Below the pieces are notes generated by a model. That model was not told the DNA's origin and searched no databases. It worked only from the letters and a program-made list of their open reading frames with translations. From assembly GCF_001194135.2 (NCBI RefSeq), contig NC_069005.1, forward strand, positions 11,075,495 to 11,139,494: a stretch of 64,000 bases of DNA, in the 5' to 3' direction. Made by a program: the position numbers and the translations under genes. This document shows positions 27,160 through 39,709 of this stretch, one piece after another. Every line of letters starts with the position of its first letter. Within the stretch, counting starts at the first letter, position 1. Source of the DNA: Octopus bimaculoides. Taxonomy: Eukaryota.

Positions 27160-27520
27160 TGGTTTAACTTTCGTAGGTGTCCCCGACTTCTGAACATCTC
27201 CCCGGCCGAACTCTCGGCCCTTCGATGTCTCTGACGCCGCAAAGACATTATCATAAAACAGCCAACCAGAGTGGAGGTGTGGTGGTGTGGCGTGCAGATC
27301 TCTACAAGGTTGAAGCTCTCCGCCAACTTCAAGACACCTCTTTCTGTTGCTCTTTGCCCTCTAACCCCATGCCTACCTACCAACAGACTGTCCTCCACTA
27401 TCCACAATCTCATCTCCTCCTCCTGTTTCCTTCCCACTGCCTCCACCTACATTGTCTGCACTCCTCGGACCTCCACCATTTGCTTCCTTCAGAAAATCCG
27501 CAAGCCCAACAAGATGTTAA
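27160..27520 (+). pseudogene. Penelope-like retroelement ORF relic (region just upstream of the RT core), with a stop and frameshifts
   Basis: Across three frames: NISPAELSALRCL*RRKDIIIK / TANQSGGVVVWRADLYKVEALRQLQDTSF / STIHNLISSSCFLPTASTYIVCTPRTSTICFLQKIRKPN. This resembles PLE IKPADKGGAVVVW..LY..EA.RQL.DTSF..LPKIHKP. Confidence 0.75.
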
Positions 27521-28464
27521 AATGCTGAGTTGACTTAAAACTATTAAGGGCAATTAGAGAAAAGCGAATATAATGGGCTGCTTAGAACATAAGGTCCAAA
27601 TTTTGAATTGGCCAATGTGGGTGTACTTTGATTAGGGTAACATATCTATGAAAGAGTGGTACCCGTTATTAACTTGCCAGACACACTGGGGGGGGGGGAG
27701 AAGTTAAGTTGATGGAGGTCAGAAAGAGCAACTCCTTCCCACCCATGCAACACAGAAATAAAACAGATGTTATGAATTTAAAAAAAAAAAAAAATTTTAA
27801 TTTAAAGTGTATGATACAATGTTTTTATATGTTTGTTAGCAGTCTTAACTGAAATATATTGGTTTCAAATTCTGGCACTGCAAGTTCATGGAAGGGTGTA
27901 AGATGATTACATTGGCGCCACTGTCCAACTGGTACTTATTTTATCGACTCTCCAANNNNNNNNNNNNNNNNNNNNNNNNNNNNNNNNNNNNNNNNNNNNN
28001 NNNNNNNNNNNNNNNNNNNNNNNNNNNNNNNNNNNNNNNNNNNNNNNNNNNNNNNNNNNNNNNNNNNNNNNNNNNNNNNNNNNNNNNNNNNNNNNNNNNN
28101 NNNNNNNNNNNNNNNNNNNNNNNNNNNNNNNNNNNNNNNNNNNNNNNNNNNNNNNNNNNNNNNNNNNNNNNNNNNNNNNNNNNNNNNNNNNNNNNNNNNN
28201 NNNNNNNNNNNNNNNNNNNNNNNNNNNNNNNNNNNNNNNNNNNNNNNNNNNNNNNNNNNNNNNNNNNNNNNNNNNNNNNNNNNNNNNNNNNNNNNNNNNN
28301 NNNNNNNNNNNNNNNNNNNNNNNNNNNNNNNNNNNNNNNNNNNNNNNNNNNNNNNNNNNNNNNNNNNNNNNNNNNNNNNNNNNNNNNNNNNNNNNNNNNN
28401 NNNNNNNNNNATATATATATATATATATAAAACTGGACATCTTATTTCTTTTCCCCTTTTGCAG

Positions 28465-28646
28465 GCATGCCAGGCCGTGTAAAGACGGTTGCTGAGATTG
28501 AAGCTGACCTACACCACCAAATGAGTCCCAACGGTATGGTTACTGTAAGTCCTTTGGAAGTACCAGACTGCAGTGGTGATATGTCAGCCTTCAACAAACT
28601 CCTCTCTATGATGAAGGCAGCTGCTGTCGACAACTCTAAACCTCAT
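28465..28646 (+). CDS. EIF4ENIF1: 4E-T visible exon 10 (182 nt): GRVKTVAEIEADL...SGDMSAFNKLLSMMKA
   Basis: Acceptor ttgcag|gc, donor cat|gtaaga; matches human VLSVEEVEAGL and DGDMTAFNKLVSTMKA. Confidence 0.95.
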
Positions 28647-29389
28647 GTAAGATAACCGTCTTGATATGCTCTTTCCTGTTCTCTCACTCCCTCTCTTTTA
28701 TGTCAGTCCTGCATTTTTTTTTTTCGTTTTTGTATTAAACTGAAAGCCATTTGAGAAAACGCTTATTTCACATAAACCAAATGATCTTTAAATTCTTTAA
28801 ACCTCTGTAGCTTATTTCCTCTAACAGTTTTGCTTGATGAAACTGAGTTCATTAATGTCCTTGATCTAAGATCTTGGATACATAATGCTGAAGATCTTGT
28901 GAATGATGAATCACTATTGCCCCTTGGGCGAGTGTCTCTCATGTCTTGTTGGGTTGACCAATGTTTTGTGAATGAAATTGGTAGACAGTGCGGAAACCTA
29001 TTGTATGTGTGTTTCTTTGTCTTTACGTTAGAAGCTATTCAAATGTTATCAATGTCCTGTAACTTAGTGGTACAATAAAGATATTGCTAAAAATAAGTAC
29101 AAGACTTCATAAATCAAAAAAACAAAAAATCAAATCAATGGGGTTGATGATTGACTAAGATGCTCTTCAAGGTGGTAGTATGGCTGCATTTTTGACAAAC
29201 CTGTGAAAGTAAACTGAGGCCTGACACCTGTACTCGATTTGGTCTTCGTACCCACAGGCTTCACCTGATAGTCCAGCAAATTAGCAATTTGTTTCACCTG
29301 GTTAATACACAGAACTGTAAGCCTGTGAACGATTTTGTATTATTTAAAATCTTTTTGTCTTTATTCTATTTTTCATTTTCTTCTTTCAG

Positions 29390-29479
29390 ATTCCAGATCG
29401 CAGGTCACCTCCAAATCTTCCTGCTCAGCCTCCACCAACCATTCCATATTTAACATCTGGCCAAAATGAATTTTTGCAT
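29390..29479 (+). CDS. EIF4ENIF1: 4E-T visible exon 11 (90 nt): IPDRRSPPNLPAQPPP...EFLH
   Basis: Acceptor tttcag|att, donor cat|gtaggt; phase 0-0. Confidence 0.85.
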
Positions 29480-29699
29480 GTAGGTTTAATTTGAATTGCC
29501 ATTTCTATAATTTAGAAAACAGTCTTATATATTTTCTATATTGCTCTTCACCTGTCCTCCCCTTAAGTAATTTTAGAAGTTTGCTGTTTAGAGATTTGAT
29601 AGTTTAATGGTAGGAAATTGTACCATGTGCTACCCACAAATCTTTTTGTGCTGTGTGCAATACGCAGGGTATATGGCTGTAGAAAACTTGCCTAGAAAA

Positions 29700-29930
29700 G
29701 GCGGTGAGCTGGCATAAACATTAGCACGCCAGGCAAAGTGCTTAGCAGTATTTCGTCTGCAGCTATGTTCTTAGTTCAAATTCTGCCGAGGTCAACTTAG
29801 CCTTTCATCCTTTCGGGGTCAATTAAATAAGTACCAGTTACGCATTGGGGTCGATGTAATCGACTTAATCCCTTTGTCTGTCCTTGTTTGTCCTCTATGT
29901 TTAGCCCCTTGTGGGCAGTAAAGAAATAAG
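29700..29930 (+). mobile_element. tRNA-derived SINE with Deu/Nin-like central domain (GTCRACTTWGCCTTTCATCCTTTCGGGGTC...AAGTACCAG)
   Basis: Central segment resembles the DeuSINE/Nin domain as recalled from AmnSINE1. Copies at 33543-33772, 40732-40967, 57741-57954 (+) and 56458-56700, 62671-62869 (-). Confidence 0.8.
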
Positions 29931-30908
29931 AAAACTTGCCTTGACCCTTCCATTACCATCTCAGCTGAAACTGCCTCTGACTCTGTAGTACAAATGTCTT
30001 GTTTCCATAAGATTTAAATTAAAATCTTCCACCAAACCTTAGTCACAATTTACGTTTCTAACACTAGCTTAATGATGACTGTTATTTTTCTAAATTCTTA
30101 GTTATATTTAAAATTAATTGAAAGAAACACAGAGCATCTCAAAATATGGTAACGAAAGGGTTAATGAATTCATGCAAGCATGGAAAAAATTAGACCATTA
30201 AGATGATGGTTTTTATGTCTATCACTTGTAAATTCAGTATTTTCTTCGTGAGCATGAGCCCGATTGTATTAAAGAAGGCTTCTCTTCTTGCATAGAGGTA
30301 CGGATAACCTTCATGGTGTCATCAGCTTTTAAGTACAACATTACAACTTCCTTTCCAAGCTAAGGAGATTGGAGACGAGTATATCTTTGGTGCCTTGCTT
30401 CAGAACTGCTTTTCAATGTCTGTGCCATGATTTGAGCTGACGTTGGCTATGAATTTCAGCTGTGATGGTTAACTCTGTAAATGGCTAACTAGTTTTGGGA
30501 TACAGTTAACTTGTGATAAGTTTGGTTCCACTCACTGATTTCATTACTGTGTGGTATGATTTGCAGTGTATGGTTGAGCAGCTTCAGTTCCACTGCATGA
30601 TGTCTTAGACAGGTGTCTTCTAATATATCCCTGGGTTGACCAAAGCCTTGTGAGTGGATTTGGTAGATGGAAACTGAAAGAAGCCTGTTGTGTGTGTTAG
30701 AGTCTCTTTGACATTGTGTGATAGTTAAAGTGTCACTGTCATACAAGCAGTGACCTTTGTTTCCAGTCTTCTGTGAAAATATGCCCAGCCATGGGGAACA
30801 TTACCTTGTTTGGAAACTTGTATGGACTGGTGACAAGAAGGGCAGCAGTCATAGAAAACCTTTATAAACTCTGTACAACCCTTGTAGGCATGGGGAAGTG
30901 GACTTTAA

Positions 30909-31120
30909 CCCTTTAGTGTTCAGATTACTCTGTTAAATGTAATATTTTTTTCACTCAAATTGTTCTGAATTAATCATGCATTATGTTATAGCTTTGAGGT
31001 TTCAATGATATGATTGTTTTTATTTTTAGAATGTCACTGTAGGTTAGGTGAGAGAGGCTAGATATGACCAGTTTGAATATAAAACATGTAGAATATTTGG
31101 CCGGTTTAAACACTAAAGGG
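30909..31120. mobile_element. piggyBac-type MITE family 1 copy
   Basis: TTAA|CCCTTTAG ... CTAAAGGG|TTAA. Confidence 0.8.
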
Positions 31121-31194
31121 TTAAAATGATGATGGTTTTATAGTTGAGCCTAATGGTTAACAATAGGGACAGCATTCAGATGTAAAACCATCAC

Positions 31195-31545
31195 CATCAT
31201 CATCATCATCGTTTAACGTCCGCTTTCCATGCTAGCATGGGTTGGACGATTTGACTGAGGACTGGTGAAACCGGACGGCAACACCAGGCTCCAATCTGAT
31301 TTGGCAGTTTCTACAGCTGGATGCCCTTCCTAATGCCAACCACTCAGAGTGTAGTGGGTACTTTTACGTGTCACCGGCACGAAGGCCAGTCAGGCGGTAC
31401 TGGCAACGGCCACACTCAAAATGGTGTATTGTATGTGCCACCCGCACAAGAGCCAGTCCAGGGGCACTGGTAACGATCTCGCTCGAAAATCCTACGAAGG
31501 CCAGTCAGGCTGTACTGGCAACGGCCACGCTCAAACTGGTGTTAT
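31195..31545 (-). mobile_element. Non-autonomous retroelement 3' fragment with (GAT)n tail, RTE-like
   Basis: Tail gacgttaaacgatgatgat on the - strand; opposite-orientation copy at 34811-35168, another at about 48561-48830. Superfamily assignment is inference. Confidence 0.7.
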
Positions 31546-31906
31546 GCTAAAGCAAAATCCTAAAATACATATTCTTTTACTTACCATATATACTCATGTA
31601 TGAATTATTTTAGACCATATTTTTAAGGTTAAATTTATGGGTTGATGATTACATAAATACTACTTTTCAGGAGTTGAAGTTCATGGTAGAACCCAAAATA
31701 CCTTAACAGTAACAGAAGCCTAAATGATCTCAAAATGAAAACACACTCACAATGAGCTACAGCAATAATATTAATTTTTACACATCATAACAATAACCAA
31801 TAAACAAAGCTGTGTAGCTCTTATAACTATTAATATTTGATCTTTTATTCATATCCACCCCACTCAACAAATCTGTGTAACAAAATTTTTGTTTCTAAAT
31901 TTACAG

Positions 31907-32363
31907 GCATTGAATCGCAACAAAGAACAGCAACTCCAGATTCAACAGCAGACTCTGAATCAAATTCGAATGCAACAACAGCACCAACACCGCCAGCACA
32001 ACCAAGAACAACAGCAGCAGCAGCAGCAGCAAAAGTCCAATCAGCCAACACCACAGCAACAACCGACACCAGTCTTACAACAACAACCTACCTATGTGTC
32101 TGGAGTTACCCCAACTGGAAGTGGACAGCAGACCTCTTCTGATGCTATCCTAAACTTCATCAAACAGAACCCAGACATTATTGCAAAACCTGCATCACCG
32201 AACCCACAACTGGCAGCAGTTCTGCAGCATGTCGGACACCGGAACCTTTCCCCTGGAGGACCTCCATTGCACCCTACAACATCTCAGTACCTGCAACAGA
32301 ACTTGCTATCTGGCCAGCCTGGCTCTGTACACACCTCTCAGCCAAGAATCCCTTCTCCTATTA
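31907..32363 (+). CDS. EIF4ENIF1: 4E-T visible exon 12 (457 nt): polyQ block ... QPRIPSPI
   Basis: Acceptor ttacag|gca, donor a|gtaagt; PRIPSPI conserved with human. Confidence 0.92.
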
Positions 32364-32900
32364 GTAAGTTTCCTCTGGTTCTCTTGTATTTAAAAACTAC
32401 ACACATAAAAGCAAATGTTATGGTGGTGAAGATTTTCGGTAATATTGCTGCTACTTTTCCAGTTCTCCAAAGAATTCTTGGAGAGAAGTAAGAATCTGTT
32501 GAAGATATTTATAGTTAAGAACTAATATGTTCACTAATACTGAAATGAATTTTTTTTTTTTTTTTTTTTTTTCCATTTAGTGAAAAACTGTTTCATTGTT
32601 TTATTTCTGAGCAATTTCAAATTTACGACAATAAAGTTCTAACATTTTGAAGATCAAGAATTTTTTTTCCCTATTCTCTTCAACTTTCTACTTAGAGCAA
32701 TTCTTGCAATTTCATAAATCTTTTTATCAAAACCCCTACAATAATATAATCGGTGTTTTTTAGGAGTCTTAAAGTCGTTTGAATTGCAAAAATCAGTTCA
32801 GCGGAAAGTAATGTTGTTTAGCTTAAGCTTAACCTTAAAGGAGCAGACTTATTATTAGAAATTCCCCCTTGTGACCTGTGTTCCCCTTATATTTTTTTAA

Positions 32901-33113
32901 CCCTTTAGTATTCAGATTCTTCTGTCGAATGTAATGCTCATTTATTCACATTGTTTTGAATTAATCAGTTATCTTGAAGCTTTGAGATTTCAGTGATGTG
33001 ATTTAGTTTTAGAATGACATTGTAGGTAGGTGTGAGAGGTCAGATCTGGCCAGCTTAAATATAAAATGGGTAAAATATTTGGGCCAGATATGGTTGGATT
33101 AAATCCTAAAGGG
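32901..33113. mobile_element. piggyBac-type MITE family 1 (TTAA-CCCTTTAG...CTAAAGGG-TTAA)
   Basis: TTAA at 32897-32900 and 33114-33117, CCCTTTAG TIRs. Copies at 4961-5172, 30909-31120, 38204-38373, about 17413-17632, about 46718-47147 (interrupted), and decayed copies near 6550-6760 and 38805-38970. Confidence 0.8.
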
Positions 33114-34256
33114 TTAAGATAGTGGGAGTGATTTTCTATTCTTAAAAGATCGAATGACCACATAGGAGTTTCCTTATTGGTTTGGAGCCTAAAATATAAT
33201 CTGTTACTGGGATAAGATCCTTGAATGAGGATTCAGCAAATTCTGTTTTTCTCTCTCTAACTATATTTGTTTGGTGCTACTTATGCATATAGTCTATTGC
33301 AGTATCCATAGCACTACGTAACAAATTTTAATTTTTTTTTTGTTTTTGGTCAGTGTTATTTTTTATTTGCTTCTATCTAGAAATCAAAGGAAATGACTAC
33401 AACCCCCCTCAAACTTTGCTTTTCTGTCCTGGACATCAATGTTTTGAATCTGACCTATTTTCCATTACATTTCAGGCATTCAGCAACCGAGTTGCTGAAG
33501 CAGAAATATTGTTATATTTCTGCTTATATATTCTGCTATATAGGCGGCAAGCTGGTAGAAACGTTAGCACGCCAGGCGAAATGCTTAGCGGTATTTCATC
33601 TGCAGTTATGCTCTGAGTTCAAATCCCACTGAGGTCGACTTTGCCTTTCATCCTTTCAGGGTCGATTAAATAAGTACCAGTTACGCACTGGAGATCAGTA
33701 TATTCGATTTAATCCGTTTGTCCGTCCTTGTTTGTCCCCTCTATGTGTAGCCCCTTGTGGGCAGAAAAGAAAAAAATTATTATAGCAAATATTCTGCTCA
33801 CTACCACAGATTAGCTTGTCAGTTGCTTGACCTTAACCAGCTGAGCATGTCCCTTAATGGCTGACAATATGTGCATCCCTGATTATGAGCAGGAATTGTT
33901 GGGGAGCATTATAGCCATGTGTTCTTTGGAGTTTGAATAAATGTAACGAGCAAAGTTTAAAGAAATTATTAACCATTTTTCGTACTTTCTTGGTGTAAGC
34001 AAATAGGATATAACAGTTGCTATCTAAGGACAAAAATTGTGTTACACAGGGTAGTCTATGCTGTGATATTACTTGATCTGGGATGCTAAAGTGTAAATGG
34101 CCTGTTAGACTGCATGCTAAAGTGGCAGCATTTGTTCTTTATATTTCAATGTGTCCTTTTACAATGTACTGGACTGGAAAAATGTGTTGATAATTTTTGT
34201 TTTCTCACTTTTGATTTAAAATTTAACTAATGTGCAATTTTTTTTTTTTATTGCAG

Positions 34257-34357
34257 TGTTTAGTCAACAACCACCTGTACACTTAAGTGCACCTGCACCT
34301 GTCCATCCTGGGCCTCTGGTGCAAAGCAGTCTTGGTCAGCCTATTAGTAATTTGACG
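34257..34357 (+). CDS. EIF4ENIF1: 4E-T visible exon 13 (101 nt): MFSQQPPVHLSAPAP...SNLT
   Basis: Acceptor ttgcag|tg, donor acg|gtaata; phases match. Confidence 0.87.
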
Positions 34358-34810
34358 GTAATAATCACATTCATCTTTTTTTTTTTTTTTTTAATTGCTT
34401 GGCTGCAGGTCACAGCCTTCATTGAGATCTGTTTAACTTCCCACCTATTGCTGGAATTCATTTTATGAGTGAGTGATCTTGGAGCTATATGAACTGTTCT
34501 TTTGCTCAAAAACTCAACACCCTGCCTAGTCGACCTGTTGAGGCAAGTGAAATCGAAATCAAGTTAAATTCGACGACTGGCACCCATGCCAACGTCGTCT
34601 CCTTCATTGGACACGAAACNNNNNNNNNNNNNNNNNNNNNNNNNNNNNNNNNNNNNNNNNNNNNNNNNNNNNNNNNNNNNNNNNNNNNNNNNNNNNNNNN
34701 NNNNNNNNNNNNNNNNNNNNNNNNNNNNNNNNNNNNNNNNNNNNNNNNNNNNNNNNNNNNNNNNNNNNNNNNNNNNNNNNNNNNNNNNNNNNNNNNNNNN
34801 NNNNNNNNNN

Positions 34811-35168
34811 TCGTGATGGCACCTGTGCCCAGCGTCGCCTTTCTGGCACTTGTGCCCGCGGCATGTATAAGGACTTTCTAGTGAGATCGTTGCCCCTGGA
34901 CTGGCTCTTGTGCGGGTGGCACATAAAATACACCATTTTGAGCGTGGCCGTTGCTAGTACCGCCTGACTGGCCTTCGTGCCGGTGGCACGTAAAAAGCAC
35001 CCACTACACTCTTGGAGCGGTTGGCATTAGGAAGGGCATCCAGCTGTAGAAACTCTGCCAGATCAGATTGGAGCCTGGTGTAGCCATCTGGTTCACCAGT
35101 CCTCAGTCAAATTGTCCAACCCATGCCAGCATGGAAAGCAGACGTTAAACGATGATGATGATGATGAT
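34811..35168 (+). mobile_element. Same (GAT)n-tailed element, + orientation
   Basis: Aligns over about 300 nt with the reverse complement of 31195-31490. Confidence 0.75.
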
Positions 35169-35446
35169 CCTACATGTATGAGTGCAGCCACTATCCACTA
35201 GGCCATGCACCTTCACTATTAGTAATATAAAGCAAGACAGTTTCTGAGCATTTAGATTGCCATGGACTTAATAAATTCTTCACTGTTTGCTACATTTGCT
35301 AATAAACTCTAAAACCATTTCTGAAGGTCACCTGGAAATGATGATGAAAATGATAATGAAAATTTTAGGTGTTTATGTCGTTAATCATTAAAATTGGTGT
35401 TTGCTTAATGAATTGATGAAAAATGTTATCGTTCTCCATTCTTCAG

Positions 35447-35565
35447 AGTGCAACCAACATACGACCTCACAGTGTGCTTCCGCGCGTGAACAGCCCCAAG
35501 GATATGATGTCCTTTAAGAAGGATATGGAAGAACATGAACGATTTCTTAGAAAGCAACAAGAAAG
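35447..35565 (+). CDS. EIF4ENIF1: 4E-T visible exon 14 (119 nt): ...PRVNSPKDMMSFKKDMEEHERFLRKQQE
   Basis: Acceptor cttcag|agt; weak donor ag|gtcttt is the only one that fits the phase of the next exon. Confidence 0.82.
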
Positions 35566-36579
35566 GTCTTTGTTTTTATTTTTATGCACCGTATAGAGTA
35601 TGGCTTTTAATCCTTTGGCATTCAGGTTGGTCAGTCGAATACAATGCTTATTTATCCATATTGCTTTGGATTAATCATGCATTCTTGTAACTCCAAGATT
35701 TTGATGATAGTTTTTAGAATATTGCAGGGTAGGTGTGAGCGGTCAGATCCGTCCACTTTGATCATAAAAGCAGACTAAAGAGTTAAGCATTTGCTGTAGA
35801 AACTCTGCCGGATCAGATTGGAGCCTGATGCTGCCATTTGGCTCACTAGTCCCCGGTCAAACCGTCCAATCAATGCCATCATGGAAAGCAGACATTAAAT
35901 GATGTTTTAGTAGATGGTAATGGCTTTGTCTGATGACTGGTTGAAGCCAGAGGCTAATAACTGTAACTGGGTTATATTTATTTTATCAACAGCTCTGTGC
36001 TGAATCTCATAAAAAAACATTTGAATGTCCAGTGGCTCAGTCCACACGGACTTAAACAAGCGGCATAAGATGGTATATCATCACTGCGAGAGGCTGAGGA
36101 AATATTAAGCTCTTGATTCTCAGCTTGCAGAGCTGAATACTTTCTCCCAGGTTCTTTGAGAGTATTTGTTTTCAGTTATTAATTGAAGAGGAAGTCATTG
36201 GTGATGGGTGAATATCGACTATTTAACTGGTTTAACATTTGTTTCGTCTAATTCAAACTTTTCTTGCAATTTCAATGAAATGCTCGTCTATTCGAAGGGC
36301 AAATTTTTCAACTATATTCCTACTTGTATATCATGTCAACTTGGTTCCTTAATGAATTTGACATTTCTGCAGGTTAGGGAGATATGTGCAAGTCAATGAT
36401 GCTTGTGTGTGGAGGGAGCACAATTCTTGAAGGATTGTGTAATGTTATTTTGGTGGTGTGCTGTTTGAGAAATAACTCTTGTCGAGTATGCATATTTGGT
36501 AACTGAAGATAGGGAGTTTCTTGAAGGAAGAATCTTTCTCTTCTTCTGAATTTAATGACTGTAACCATTTGTTTTACAG

Positions 36580-36640
36580 ATCCAAGTCTCCTGTCTCTAT
36601 TAGCCGAGGAATTCCAACACCAGTCAATATGGGTCCCAAA
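36580..36640 (+). CDS. EIF4ENIF1: 4E-T visible exon 15 (61 nt): RSKSPVSISRGIPTPVNMGPK
   Basis: Acceptor ttacag|a, donor aaa|gtaagt; KSP as in human RVTKSP. Confidence 0.88.
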
Positions 36641-37984
36641 GTAAGTAAAAATTAATAGATGTGCTTTTGCATTGATGACTCACTGTAATAGCGTACATCA
36701 TTGTCAATCCTAACACACTTGATATATGAACTGAAGAAGTTTCCATGTTGTCAGTCGACTTAGAAGTAGCTATCAAATCTCTTGGTCCTTCTAATATAGT
36801 AAATGCAAAAACTAATTTGTGTATGCCAGTTGAGCACNNNNNNNNNNNNNNNNNNNNNNNNNNNNNNNNNNNNNNNNNNNNNNNNNNNNNNNNNNNNNNN
36901 NNNNNNNNNNNNNNNNNNNNNNNNNNNNNNNNNNNNNNNNNNNNNNNNNNNNNNNNNNNNNNNNNNNNNNNNNNNNNNNNNNNNNNNNNNNNNNNNNNNN
37001 NNNNNNNNNNNNNNNNNNNNNNNNNNNNNNNNNNNNNNNNNNNNNNNNNNNNNNNNNNNNNNNNNNNNNNNNNNNNNNNNNNNNNNNNNNNNNNNNNNNN
37101 NNNNNNNNNNNNNNNNNNNNNNNNNNNNNNNNNNNNNNNNNNNNNNNNNNNNNNNNNNNNNNNNNNNNNNNNNNNNNNNNNNNNNNNNNNNNNNNNNNNN
37201 NNNNNNNNNNNNNNNNNNNNNNNNNNNNNNNNNNNNNNNNNNNNNNNNNNNNNNNNNNNNNNNNNNNNNNNNNNNNNNNNNNNNNNNNNNNNNNNNNNNN
37301 NNNNNNNNNNNNNNNNNNNNNNNNNNNNNNNNNNNNNNNNNNNNNNNNNNNNNNNNNNNNNNNNNNNNNNNNNNNNNNNNNNNNNNNNNNNNNNNNNNNN
37401 NNNNNNTATATATGAAATTTTGAATTTAGTTCATGGACTCCCAGTACTACCTTTTGTGGACCACAGGTTGGAAACCACTGGACTAACCCTTTGACTCCAA
37501 ATTTAAGGCCTTGTACCTATAGTAAAAAAAAAAATATCTGATCACAATGTATTGCACTCAATAAAAACATGTGTATCCTGTGATGATCCACATAGCACAT
37601 TGTAAACAATTTTTAATACAACAGATGCATGCTTCACATCACACACACATACACACACATGCTTTTGTTTTGAGAATGTGCATCACATAATACATGTTTT
37701 TATTGTGTGATACATCCTATGATCACATATTACTCACCAACTAAACCAAATTAATCTCCTTCCTTCCCATGTATCACATATGAAGCACACGCACATACAT
37801 TCCCCTATTTATGTTCTTAGTAGAATGTCTATTGTATATGCTTCGTACATTGCCATGGAAATGTCCGGTATATCACATGATACACTGGACAGGTAAAGGG
37901 TTGATGACACAAGTATAATAAAACACTGCAAAGCATTTTTGCCCGGTATTTCACCAATTCGACCATCTACTATACTTTTTTTAG

Positions 37985-38093
37985 ACTTCGGTATCGGTGG
38001 CTTTTACACCAACATCAGTGATTAGGAAGATGCATTCAGAAAAGGCTGTGGAGAAAGAACGCCAGGCCAAGCAGGATGGATGTAGTTTAAACA
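37985..38093 (+). CDS. EIF4ENIF1: 4E-T visible exon 16 (109 nt): TSVSVAFTPTSVIRKMHSEK...
   Basis: Acceptor ttttag|act, donor a|gtatgt; FTPTSVIRKM identical to human (region recalled as PATL1-binding). Confidence 0.95.
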
Positions 38094-38389
38094 GTATGTT
38101 ATTTCTTTTTTCCTTTTTATTTTCTGAATTTTGTTCTTTGCTCTAATAGCATATTTTTTACAAGTTTACTTTACAAACTTGAATATTTGGACTTGATCAT
38201 TAACCCTTTAGCATTTAGAGCAGCTATATCTGGCCCAAATATTCTTGTTTTATGTTCAAACCAGCCAAATTACCCTACAGTGTCGTTCTAAAAATAAACA
38301 ACCTCATCATTGAAATCTTGGAGCTTCAAGATAATGCTTAATTAATTTGACAGAAAAATCTGAATACTAAAGGTTAAGCTTTTGATATA

Positions 38390-38516
38390 CAGTGTGTCCA
38401 CAAGGTCTGGGTACATGTAGTAAATAAAATCATAACATAAACAATTAAAGATAAGAAATAATAATTTCTTAAAGTATGTGTTAATCCCCATGTACCCAGA
38501 CTTTGTGGACACCCTG
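38390..38516. mobile_element. Tc1/mariner-type MITE, 28-bp TIRs, TA TSD
   Basis: TA|cagtgtgtccacaaggtctgggtacatg ... catgtacccagactttgtggacaccctg|TA, two mismatches between TIRs. Confidence 0.85.
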
Positions 38517-39287
38517 TATAAAAGCTAGTTGTTACTAGCTGAAGAATAGTAATGGTGTTAGCTAGTTTGACAATTCAACAGGTTTTTATTGTCATCCAGT
38601 GCAGTAATGTCTATAGACTAGTCCAGATAGCTGTGTATGAGTTCAATGTAAAGATTTGGTTTAAAAAGAAAAGCAACAAAAATTCTTTATCCTTGGGGAA
38701 GTCTTGAGTAGACATGATAATAAATGCATGAATTGTTAAATCCATTGTCTTGGGACATTTCACCCGAATTACGTTTCCCCTTGACAGTAATAGTATATAT
38801 CTTAACCCTGCAGCATTCAGATTGCTCTGGCAAATGTAATGTTTATTTATTCGTTGTTTTGAATTAATCATGCATTTTCTTGTTTTGATGAAATGACATT
38901 GTAGGATAGGACAGACCTGGCCAATTTAAACATTGAGTAAAATATTTGGGCTGAATGTGACCAGTTAAAAGTTAGACACAGCTCATGTTGAGCCAACAAA
39001 AGAGTCTCTCTGAAGCTGTTCAGCTTACTAGAACTAGCAGCCGAATCTTCCTCAGATCACATGCTGTCATTTTAAAGAATATACTGGACAATGTAGTCTA
39101 TGAAAAGAGACAGTAAGGGTGGTCATTGCTGGAGCATTTTTTTAAAATCACATCTGCTCTGTTAAGGCTAGCCTTACGCTAGATCCCAATACAACATGGT
39201 ATCTATGACTAAATCTGATTTTGTTTCTTCAGTAGATTTGTACTATTGCCATCTTAACCTCTTAATTTTTTTTTTTCTCTTTTTTAG

Positions 39288-39709
39288 GTTATTCAGCTCA
39301 AAAAACCCTCATGAAAAACCAAATGTACATAGACAGTGTCCTCAAAGATTCCTACAGCAACAATGTCTGTTCAGACAGCTCTCGAAGCAGTCCTCTGTCA
39401 CTCATCTGTGACAAAAAAGACATTGGTCAGGGTCCCTCAGTGAATGGCCACCCTCTGCCAAGGAGCCAGGACGGATTGCCGAACCAACATTCTGGACAAA
39501 CACCTTTCCTCTCTCAATCACATCCCAATCTCCCAATAGACTCTAGCATCATTGGTGGCAGCCTGAACATAAGTGGCTCTTGCAATTCTTCGGCAACACC
39601 GTCACCTTCGTCAGCCAAGTCCTCAAAACTGACCCCTCACAAGGGCCCTATGTCTACTGCTGGATGTGGTGAGATCCTTGCTGCTCAACTCTTCAACCAT
39701 GAACAACAG
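39288..39709 (+). CDS. EIF4ENIF1: 4E-T visible exon 17 (422 nt): Ser/Pro-rich region
   Basis: Acceptor ttttag|gt, donor cag|gtagga; 140 open codons in phase. Confidence 0.88.

Noticed and set aside
27177-27533. 118-aa ORF after a good AG as an extra 4E-T exon
   Set aside because: It is phase 0 while exon 9 ends in phase 1 (that frame stops after 5 codons), and the sequence is better explained as a Penelope-like relic.
24543-32069. Antisense ORFs 24543-24827, 24604-24816 and 31845-32069
   Set aside because: Mirror frames of low-complexity sense exons.
35930-35955. CTGATGA followed by a small stem, as another hammerhead
   Set aside because: No GAAA after the stem and no stem I/III.
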